From the NCBI GenBank assembly GCA_043801585.1, contig JAZDLX010000212.1:1-18627 (forward strand): a stretch of 18,627 nt of DNA, in the 5' to 3' direction. Position numbers and translations under genes: made by a program. The notes below the pieces were generated by a model. The model was not told the origin of the DNA, searched no databases, and worked only from the letters and a program-made list of their open reading frames with translations. Shown piece by piece: positions 1 through 7,380 of this stretch; position 1 is the stretch's first letter; each line of letters starts with the position of its first letter. The stretch comes from a bacterium (GTDB lineage Bacteria; Electryoneota; Electryoneia; Electryoneales; Electryoneaceae).

Positions 1-11
1 TGTAAGCAAGT

Positions 12-1388
12 TTACCCTTTCGGGATATCCTCGCCCTGTTCGCGATACTCGTTCAATTTGTTACGAAGGGTTCGAATCGAAATGCCGAGTTGATCGGCTG
101 CTTTCGTCCGGTTGAACCCCAGTTCCTTCAGCGTTTGCAGAATGTGCTTTTTTTCCAGCTCCGCCACTGTGACCGCACCAAACGAACCACCTGTTGTGGC
201 GGGAGACGAATCATAGGATGGCGCCTCGAGTGTAACATCGCTTTTGTGGATGACAAGATCACGCGCAAGGACAACCGCCCGTTCAATGCGGTTTTCCAAC
301 TCACGGACATTGCCCGGCCACGACTGAGCTTTCAGGTAATCCACCGCGTCATCATCGATGGCCTCGAACTGGCGTCCGTAACGGACTCCGTACTTCTCCA
401 CGAAATGGCGGATCAGAGCAGGAATATCATCAGGCCGCTGGGACAACGGAGACAGGTAGATGGGGACGACATTCAGCCGGAAATAGAGATCCTCACGGAA
501 TCGCCCCTCCTTGACTTCTTGAACAAGGTTCTTGTTTGTCGTTGCAACAACGCGCACATCTACGCTGATCGTGTCGTTCGAACCGACCCTGTCAAACTCC
601 CGCTCCTGCAGCACACGGAGCAGTTTCGCCTGAAGTCCGAGGGGCATCTCACTGATTTCGTCAAGTAGAATCGTACCGTTGTTCGCCGCCTCAAATTTTC
701 CCTTGCGGGTCTTGATCGCCCCGGTGAATGCACCCTTTTCGTGTCCAAAAAGCTCGCTCTCGATCAGCCCTTCCGGAAGAGCTGCGCAATTCATCTTGAT
801 AAAGGCCTTATCCGCCCTCGGGCTCGACCAATGGAGAGCACGTGCCACAAGCTCTTTACCCGTGCCGGATGGACCCGTGATCAGAACATCCACTGGCTGT
901 GGAGCGATCACCTCGAGCATCTCGACAACGTGGCGCAATGATTCCGATGTTCCGACGATGGCGGAGATCCCCTGCTCCTGTTCGACCATGTTTCGCAGGG
1001 TGCGGTTTTCACGCACCAGCCGTCTCCGCTGGAGTGCACGGTTTATGGTAAGCTTGAGCAATTCCTTGTCAATAGGTTTGCTCAGATAGTCGTAGGCGCC
1101 TTTCTTCATCGCATCGACAGCGCTTTCGATCGTGCCGTGCGCGGTCAGGACAATGACAGGCGTATCCGGTTGACGCCGCACCGCCTGTGAAAGGAAACCG
1201 AGTCCGTCCAACCGGGGCATTTTAATGTCGGTAAAGATCAGGTCGAAATCATTCGATTCGATGGTTTCAATGCCCGCCTGGCCGTCTTCGGCCGCGGTCA
1301 CAACGTGGCCAAGGCGCGTCAGCGCCTCTTCCAGATATTCCCGAACAAGTTTTTCGTCGTCGACGACCAACACACGTGAACCGCTCAT
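12..1388 (-). CDS. Sigma54-dependent response regulator (REC + AAA+ + Fis-HTH), FleR/FlrC/FlbD-like NtrC family
   Basis: REC (VLVVDDE, TDIKMP), Walker A GPSGTGKE, ESELFGHEKGAFTGA, LLDEISEM, FREDLYFRLNV, WPGNVRELEN and HTH NRTKAADQLGISIRTLRNKL. ATGA overlap with the upstream kinase. Confidence 0.95.
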   Translation of the reverse strand: MSGSRVLVVDDEKLVREYLEEALTRLGHVVTAAEDGQAGIETIESNDFDLIFTDIKMPRLDGLGFLSQAVRRQPDTPVIVLTAHGTIESAVDAMKKGAYDYLSKPIDKELLKLTINRALQRRRLVRENRTLRNMVEQEQGISAIVGTSESLRHVVEMLEVIAPQPVDVLITGPSGTGKELVARALHWSSPRADKAFIKMNCAALPEGLIESELFGHEKGAFTGAIKTRKGKFEAANNGTILLDEISEMPLGLQAKLLRVLQEREFDRVGSNDTISVDVRVVATTNKNLVQEVKEGRFREDLYFRLNVVPIYLSPLSQRPDDIPALIRHFVEKYGVRYGRQFEAIDDDAVDYLKAQSWPGNVRELENRIERAVVLARDLVIHKSDVTLEAPSYDSSPATTGGSFGAVTVAELEKKHILQTLKELGFNRTKAADQLGISIRTLRNKLNEYREQGEDIPKG

Positions 1389-2620
1389 TCACCCCTCGCG
1401 ATGGGAAGTTCGATTAGGAAATTCGTTCTTTCGCCCAGTCTAGATGTTACATCAATAGTGCCCCGATGTGCTTCGACAATTTTTTTCACCATGGCCAGTC
1501 CAAGTCCCGTCCCCTGGGAACGTGTCGTAAAGAATGGGTTAAAGATCTTGGGCAGTGTCCCCTCCTCGATTCCGATACCGTTATCACTCACCATGATGTG
1601 CACCCTGTTTCGCAGAAGATCCCAATGCAAGGATATCAGAATCTTCCCTCCGGACTCATTCAACGCCTGCATGGCATTCTTCAGGAGATTCAACACGGCC
1701 TGTTTGATCAGACTCCCATCGCACCAGACCTTTACCCGTTCACGGGGAACTTCAAGTTCAAGTGCTACATCCTCACGGTCCGCCAATTCTGCTCGTGCGA
1801 GTTCCGTTTCCTGCTCGAGGATTTCGCACAAATCCACCTCCTGGCAATTGGGACTCATCGGGCGGGTGAATTCAAGCAACCGGCTGGCGATGCGGTCGAT
1901 GTCCTTGACACCGACCATGATTTTCTCCGCGATTTTGCGCGACGGATGCGTCTCCTCGATGTCCTCCTGTAGAAACTGGGCAAATCCCTGGACACCGGCG
2001 AGAGGGTTGCGCAGCTCGTGCGCCACCTGCGCCGCCATTTCTCCCAACGCCGCCAGGCTGGCACTCTGCTGCATCCGTGTCTGGAGTTCGCGCAGAGGCC
2101 GAAGGTCCTCGAAGAATTCGAGGACGCCGAACGGTTGTCCGTCATCACCGTAGATCCAGGCCGTAGAAAAACGGACAGGCAGTGTATTGCCGTCCGTATG
2201 AGAAAGGTCACGTTCACGGCTCTCAATCACACTGCCGTGGGTGAGCGTGTAGATCGCGGAGGTCGGTTCGTTCACGGGCGCAGGGAATATATCGCCGTAG
2301 AACCCTCCGATCACATCTTCCGTAAGCAATCCGGTCAGACGTTCCGCTTCCTCGTTAAAGAGGGAAACCCGGCCGTCCATATCCACGACAACGATTCCGA
2401 CCTGCACATGGGCGAGAACAGAGGAGAGAAAGCCTGCTGTTCGTTCGAGCAGGAAGGATTGTTCCTCCAATTGATTGGAAAGTTGTGCAATCCGCTGTTC
2501 AAGCGCCGCATAGGATTGTGCAAAGGTTGAGGACGCCTGCGTGAAGCCCTCGAACAGCTTCACAAGCTCCATCAACCGTTCCTCGTCCATCACTTGCGGT
2601 TTGTTGCTCGCGTTGCTCAC
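1385..2620 (-). CDS. Soluble PAS-domain sensor histidine kinase, FleS/FlrB-like
   Basis: N-terminal coiled coil (FEGFTQASSTFAQSYAALEQRIAQL), PAS (GIVVVDMDGRVSLFNEEAE), H-box AHELRNPL, N-box NLLKNAMQA, DNGIG, FNPFFTT and GTGLGL. No TM helix seen. GTG start follows GGGGAG. Confidence 0.92.
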   Translation of the reverse strand: MSNASNKPQVMDEERLMELVKLFEGFTQASSTFAQSYAALEQRIAQLSNQLEEQSFLLERTAGFLSSVLAHVQVGIVVVDMDGRVSLFNEEAERLTGLLTEDVIGGFYGDIFPAPVNEPTSAIYTLTHGSVIESRERDLSHTDGNTLPVRFSTAWIYGDDGQPFGVLEFFEDLRPLRELQTRMQQSASLAALGEMAAQVAHELRNPLAGVQGFAQFLQEDIEETHPSRKIAEKIMVGVKDIDRIASRLLEFTRPMSPNCQEVDLCEILEQETELARAELADREDVALELEVPRERVKVWCDGSLIKQAVLNLLKNAMQALNESGGKILISLHWDLLRNRVHIMVSDNGIGIEEGTLPKIFNPFFTTRSQGTGLGLAMVKKIVEAHRGTIDVTSRLGERTNFLIELPIARGE

Positions 2621-2662
2621 GTCGAGATCGAACTCCCCTGTTTTGGATTTTACTGCGTTGGA

Positions 2663-2692
2663 ATATAGAGGACGTTCGGAGGGACCAACAAG
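2663..2692 (-). promoter_or_regulatory. Possible sigma70-type promoter for the kinase/regulator pair
   Basis: Minus strand TTGTTG-N18-TATATT in the 98-bp gap upstream of the kinase; consensus match only. Confidence 0.3.
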
Positions 2693-2718
2693 GCGGATGT
2701 TGTCAGATCACACAACCG

Positions 2719-3306
2719 TCAGGCAACCTCGGGCTCGCCATCGCCGAAGACTTCCGCTGTAAACGACTCGATGACGACTCCCGGATCTCGCCAATCTCCT
2801 CGATTCAATCCCGCCTTCAGGCAGGTTTCGTCGAGAAATCGAGTCACGTTCCATCCATAACGGGCAGCGACTTGAGGCAGCAACAACCCTTGCCTCGGAC
2901 CCCTGTGTACGATCAACCCATGACGCCCCGGAACGATATCCTGAATCTCACGGACGGGTTGGGGATAACTCAGCACACTGATTGAAATTCCGAGGCTGTC
3001 CAGCTCCTCCGGAGTCAGCGGTGGAAAACGGGGATCCCGTAACGCTGCCGCCGCGGCGGCCTGAGCAACGGTGTCAAGGAGTGGCCGGTCGGCTACAATG
3101 TACCCGATACAACCGCGGAGGCTGCCTTCACGATCGGTCAGGGTGACAAACGCTCCTGAATTTTTACGTAGTTCCGGATCGCTTGTGATTGGAGACCGTT
3201 GCCGTTCGCCACGAGCCGCCATTGCAACCGCCTCTCGGGCGACCCGCAACAGTTCATTCCGTTGAGACGGGTTGAATCGATCTTCGTTCACGCTGCCCCC
3301 GCTCAC
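2719..3306 (-). CDS. amrA: AmmeMemoRadiSam system protein A (AMMECR1 domain)
   Basis: GAFVTL, LRGCIG, DPRFPP, ISVLS, GRHGL, GLLLPQVA and FLDETCLKAG. The start is placed at GTG 3306, overlapping the amrB stop (GTGA); GTG 3291 is an alternative. The longer track start overlaps amrB. Confidence 0.92.
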   Translation of the reverse strand: MSGGSVNEDRFNPSQRNELLRVAREAVAMAARGERQRSPITSDPELRKNSGAFVTLTDREGSLRGCIGYIVADRPLLDTVAQAAAAAALRDPRFPPLTPEELDSLGISISVLSYPQPVREIQDIVPGRHGLIVHRGPRQGLLLPQVAARYGWNVTRFLDETCLKAGLNRGDWRDPGVVIESFTAEVFGDGEPEVA

Positions 3307-4148
3307 GCCTCCCCCTTCACGAACGCCGCCGCAAGGTAGCCGACGACACTGTCTCTCGACCCATGGGGAACATCTGCGGAAGTGGCATAGGAAAGCTGAA
3401 CCGCCCGGGTCGCTCCGAGCAGACGTGACGCTTCCATGACAGTGGCCAGGGGACCCGCACCACACGCTTCTGCGCCTTCTTTCTGGATCGTTGACCAGAG
3501 AATCGCCGCGTCGAAAATCGCCACCGCTTCCTGAATCCGGCTGTCAAGCATTCGTGCTTCTCGCTCCGTATGAAAATGCGACAGATCGCTCGAAGCCACA
3601 AGCAGAATTCGTCTGTCTCCGGCGGCATGGGCAATCGCGGATGCCAGCGTCGAGGAGCTTTTTGGACTTTGATTCCCCATCAGGATCGGGACGACTGGAA
3701 CGTCGCCGAGCGCCATCTGCAGAAACGGAATCTGCACCTCGAGGCTGTGTTCTCCCGAATGCCCCTGAAGCATATGGACGGTGGCATCTGCTCGCGCACA
3801 TTCCTGTCCCGCGGAGCAGATTTCGGAGGCGAGATCCGCATCGATGCGCACAGAACCAAGGGGGGTCTGCCACGAACCTTCAGGAAAAACGGCGGCGTAC
3901 TTGAGATAAATCCGGTGAGATGGACCGATCAGGACAACGGCATCGTAGGACTTGTTTTGGAGATGGCGATACGCCTCCGCCGCCACGGGGCCGCTGTAAA
4001 CGTACCCCGCATGAGGCGCAAGCAATCCGACAATATCGCCGGGGTAGTCACTGGTTGCGCTCTCGAGCATCGAGTGTATTTCACGCCGGAGCGTTTCGGG
4101 ATCGGCCGGATAGAACGACCCGGCCACGGCGGATCGTCGCTGGGGCAT
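3303..4148 (-). CDS. amrB: AmmeMemoRadiSam system protein B (MEMO1 family)
   Basis: AVAGSFYP, APHAGYVYSG, GPSH, WQTPLG, EHSLEVQIPFL, SSDLSHF, ACG and VVGY. ATG 4148 is preceded by CAGGGGGA. Confidence 0.93.
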   Translation of the reverse strand: MPQRRSAVAGSFYPADPETLRREIHSMLESATSDYPGDIVGLLAPHAGYVYSGPVAAEAYRHLQNKSYDAVVLIGPSHRIYLKYAAVFPEGSWQTPLGSVRIDADLASEICSAGQECARADATVHMLQGHSGEHSLEVQIPFLQMALGDVPVVPILMGNQSPKSSSTLASAIAHAAGDRRILLVASSDLSHFHTEREARMLDSRIQEAVAIFDAAILWSTIQKEGAEACGAGPLATVMEASRLLGATRAVQLSYATSADVPHGSRDSVVGYLAAAFVKGEA

Positions 4149-4356
4149 GGCATCCCCCTGTTCCTGAATTTGCCTTTCCTCCGGCAACGTGCAGAGACTG
4201 CCAACGGACACGCAAGACAAAGGTGAAATCAATATCGAAATGGGGGAGCTCTCTATCGGGAATTGCCGATCAATCAAACCCCTCTCGGAGAAGGGTGTTG
4301 AGGAGAACGGCTCATGCACTACCTGAAGCTGTTTTCACATAAAGGGAGGTGAACCA

Positions 4357-5217
4357 TCAGGATTTGTCCCTTTTCTTCGGTGCCGTCCTGAAGACCTCTC
4401 GGATTTCCTTGCGAAGCAGTTCGTGAATAGGTTCTGACGCAGCGATGATCCAACCGCTGTCCAGGGGGTCATGTCCCCAGGGATCACCGATAACACCTCC
4501 CGCCTCCTGAAGCAGAAGAATTCCCGCCGCCAGATCCGTGGGTTCCGTGTCCGTGGCGAAAAAACCGTCCATTTCCCCATGCGCAACCAACGCCAGTTCG
4601 CTCGCTGGACTTCCGATGTTGCGAATCCCTCCGACGCGGCCGTGCAGGTTGCCAATGATCTGGAGGAATCCCGTCATCGTTTTTCCTGTGGACATCGGCC
4701 ACCAGTGGGAAATGGTTGAGCGGCGCTGCAGGCGGGGTTTCCCGAGATGGATCAGCTTGCCGTTGCACTTGGCGCCGTGCCCTTTCCGTGCCAGGTAGAG
4801 ACGGTCAAGAACAGGCAGATAGATGATTCCAAAAACCAGCTCCCCCCAGCTGCTGCGTGTTCCGGAGCGATCCTCCAGCGCAACGGAAACCGCCCAATGC
4901 GGCAAACCGGCGAGGTAATTGGTCGTTCCATCCAGGGGATTGACAATCCAGCGCCAACGTCCGTCGCCCTTGATCGGTTTATCTTCTTCGCTGAGAATGC
5001 CGCTTCCAGGAAGGATGGCGAGCAACTCTTCGCGGAGCCGGGCGTCCGCTACCCGATCCTTTTCCGTGACAAAATCGCCGGGCTGTTTCATTTCGACCCT
5101 GTCTTCGGTGATCGACTCCCGCTGCTGGCGCAACCACCTTCCCACCGAGCGCACCACGAAGGAAGCGGCGTCCGCCAGTCTTGCCAGTTGTGCCTGATAG
5201 GCGATGTTGTCGTCCAT
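4357..5217 (-). CDS. Inositol monophosphatase/SuhB family protein with atypical active-site motifs
   Basis: DFVTEKD and SEE are present, but WIVNPLDGTTNY replaces the canonical DPLDGT and EPTDLAAG replaces PWD.AAG. Strong SD GAGGTGAGGGG before the ATG. Confidence 0.88.
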   Translation of the reverse strand: MDDNIAYQAQLARLADAASFVVRSVGRWLRQQRESITEDRVEMKQPGDFVTEKDRVADARLREELLAILPGSGILSEEDKPIKGDGRWRWIVNPLDGTTNYLAGLPHWAVSVALEDRSGTRSSWGELVFGIIYLPVLDRLYLARKGHGAKCNGKLIHLGKPRLQRRSTISHWWPMSTGKTMTGFLQIIGNLHGRVGGIRNIGSPASELALVAHGEMDGFFATDTEPTDLAAGILLLQEAGGVIGDPWGHDPLDSGWIIAASEPIHELLRKEIREVFRTAPKKRDKS

Positions 5218-5288
5218 CCCCTCACCTCATTCGTCGTTGCCTGATCCAATGCTGCCGGTCAAGTATAGCGAAACCTGTGGACTCCGCG

Positions 5289-6137
5289 CTATCTCCAGCG
5301 GCGATCTGGTGGCGAAAAATCAAGCTCTTCAATAGATCGCTTCTGCAGTTCGTACGCCTCTCGGCAACCGCAGATCACCCACCCTGTCTCCAGACAGTCG
5401 TTGCCCCACCAGTCGGTGATCACTCCCCCTGCCTCTTCAATAATCAATCCACCGGCTGCGATATCCCACGGATTCAGGTTCATCTCAAAAAAACCCGAGT
5501 ATGTTCCATCCCCCACCCAGCAGATATCCGAAGCGGCGGAACCTGCCCTGCGCACATCGCCGACCTGGCGATAAAGACTTTTAAAGAGTTCCAGGTAGTG
5601 ATCGAGATTGTCCCGATTGCGAAAGGGAAATCCCGTTGCAAGCAGCATCCTCGGGGCCTGTGGACTCTGCTGGACGTGAACCTTCCTGTCGTTGCGAAAG
5701 GCCCCCTCTCCACGAACAGCCGACCACGTGATGCCCATCACCGGCAGGTGGACGATGCCCAGGATTCGTGGACCGAATCCAACGGGGTCTTTCCGGCGGT
5801 CTTCCAGGGCGACCGAAACTCCCCAGATAGGAAAACCAGCGAGGTAGTTCGCCGTGCCATCGAGCGGATCGACGATCCACCGCCACTCACCACCTCTCGC
5901 TTCCGGGCTCCCCTCCTCACCCATGAACACGCTGCCTGGAAGCAGCTTCAACAGCCCTTCACGCAGCATCTCCTCGGCACCACGGTCGGCTCTGCTGACA
6001 AAATCTCCCTGCCCTTTGACCTCAATCTGCTCCGCCTTGATACTCTCGCGTTCCTTGCTGAGAAAATCGCCGGCCCGCACTGAAAGCTCGCGCACGTTGC
6101 CGAGAAGCTCTGACGTATTCATGAGGGTATTGCCCAT
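5289..6137 (-). CDS. suhB: Inositol monophosphatase / SuhB family protein, canonical
   Basis: DFVSRAD, GEE, WIVDPLDGTANY, ATGFPF, RRAGSAA and NPWDIAAG. Start uncertain (6146 GTG, 6137 ATG or 6122 ATG). Confidence 0.88.
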   Translation of the reverse strand: MGNTLMNTSELLGNVRELSVRAGDFLSKERESIKAEQIEVKGQGDFVSRADRGAEEMLREGLLKLLPGSVFMGEEGSPEARGGEWRWIVDPLDGTANYLAGFPIWGVSVALEDRRKDPVGFGPRILGIVHLPVMGITWSAVRGEGAFRNDRKVHVQQSPQAPRMLLATGFPFRNRDNLDHYLELFKSLYRQVGDVRRAGSAASDICWVGDGTYSGFFEMNLNPWDIAAGGLIIEEAGGVITDWWGNDCLETGWVICGCREAYELQKRSIEELDFSPPDRRWR

Positions 6138-6151
6138 GCTTTGCACGCAGT

Positions 6152-7207
6152 TCAGCGTTCGTGGTGGTACCGTCGATGCAGCAGCAATGCCGCAACGATC
6201 TCGATCAGAAACATCAGAAAGATCACCCCGGGCCAGCGTGGCTCCCAGGAAGATGCCGTGATAACGAACGTGCTGTCGGACAGGGTCTCGCCGGTGAACT
6301 CCCAGGAGAGGGTATCCCCTTTCAGGGTGTCGGGCGGGGGCGCCGTCTTCACCCTGCCGGGCATCAACAGCTCAAGAACCACGCTTTCGTCCGAGAGATC
6401 AAGCCAGCTCTGGTACCTCTGCTCCAGTGAATCCGCAACGGGCAGCCAGTCCGCTGTCACTCCTCCGAGTAGAGCCATCGCGGTTTCGGCCATCGGCATC
6501 CGCAGATCCACGTACCAGTCGAGATCCGCGTTGTCCTCGCCTTGCGCAATCGCCCGTTCCACGAGCCCGTGGATCGTCCCTTCAAACTTCTTCGACGCTT
6601 CATCGTAGTGGTCTTCGTCAGGTTCTTTGCCCCGGCGTGTCAATTCAGACAGCACGATATCATCAAGCATTCGGCGGTAGCGGTCGTTCGCCGCGAGCAC
6701 CTGGGCTTTCCAGTAAGCTGCTTCATATTCTTTGCGTTTTTCCGGGGGGAGGGAATCAAGTTCAGGATCATCGAAGGACCCCACAAGCTCTTCCGGGAGG
6801 TATTTCTCCGGGTCGCCGTAACGCTCCCCGACTTCCCAGGAGGGAAATCTGGCCTGGAGAACCAAGGATTTGTGCAATGGGCTTCCCATGCGGCGAATTG
6901 TCAGAGTTCCAGGGTTCTCAGGCGGTCCTACAGGATGGTTGATGCGTCCATCATCCTTCGCTTGATAGCTTAAACGGAGCGATGGCTCCTCGTCCACTCC
7001 CTCCGTTCTCTCATGACTCGTCTGAATCCATGCGTCGTCCGATGGCAACTTGATCAAGCCGTCCATGACATCCACGCTGTCTCCTTCGACTGCGTACTGG
7101 ACGCTGCCATTATCTCGCAAATTGATGAAAAATCTGTGAGTAACGCAGCTCGTGAGGAGAGTTGCGGCAGCCATCAAGAGAGCCACTGGGAGTGCCGATG
7201 CTTTCAT
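6152..7207 (-). CDS. Hypothetical lipoprotein with C-terminal transmembrane helix
   Basis: From ATG 7207 the protein reads MKASALPVALLMAAATLLTS-C (lipobox-like). The C-terminus is WPGVIFLMFLIEIVAALLL followed by HRRYHHER. No recognisable catalytic motif. Confidence 0.75.
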   Translation of the reverse strand: MKASALPVALLMAAATLLTSCVTHRFFINLRDNGSVQYAVEGDSVDVMDGLIKLPSDDAWIQTSHERTEGVDEEPSLRLSYQAKDDGRINHPVGPPENPGTLTIRRMGSPLHKSLVLQARFPSWEVGERYGDPEKYLPEELVGSFDDPELDSLPPEKRKEYEAAYWKAQVLAANDRYRRMLDDIVLSELTRRGKEPDEDHYDEASKKFEGTIHGLVERAIAQGEDNADLDWYVDLRMPMAETAMALLGGVTADWLPVADSLEQRYQSWLDLSDESVVLELLMPGRVKTAPPPDTLKGDTLSWEFTGETLSDSTFVITASSWEPRWPGVIFLMFLIEIVAALLLHRRYHHER

Positions 7208-7257
7208 GGAGGCAAAGTACGTCCTACTTTCCGGCTCGGCAAGCAATCCCCGGGTCC

Positions 7258-7285
7258 AGGATAATGTTGAATGAATGATTTGCAA
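7258..7285 (-). promoter_or_regulatory. Possible sigma70 promoter for the leftward operon
   Basis: Minus strand TTGCAA-N16-TATCCT in the AT-rich divergent region; supports the 7207 start. Confidence 0.35.
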
Positions 7286-7290
7286 CGGAC

Positions 7291-7319
7291 TTGCGGGGTT
7301 CTTCTTTATGTATTACGTT
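7291..7319 (+). promoter_or_regulatory. Possible sigma70 promoter for the rightward operon
   Basis: TTGCGG-N17-TACGTT, about 60 bp upstream of ATG 7381. Confidence 0.35.
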
Positions 7320-7380
7320 TGCGAAAACGCGTGCGATCCTGCGAGATCGCCTTTCTTTTGTTATGAGATGACGGCTGATC

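Noticed and set aside
3307..3465. Cys-rich N-terminal extension of amrA
   Set aside because: It is an alternate-frame read of the amrB 3' end.
4188..4205. Sigma54 promoter upstream of amrB (minus strand TTGGCAGTCTCTGCAC)
   Set aside because: GG-to-GC spacing is 8 nt rather than the required 10.
4149..4319. 57-aa N-terminal extension of amrB
   Set aside because: MEMO1 homology begins at MPQRRSAVAGSFYP, and there is an SD before ATG 4148.
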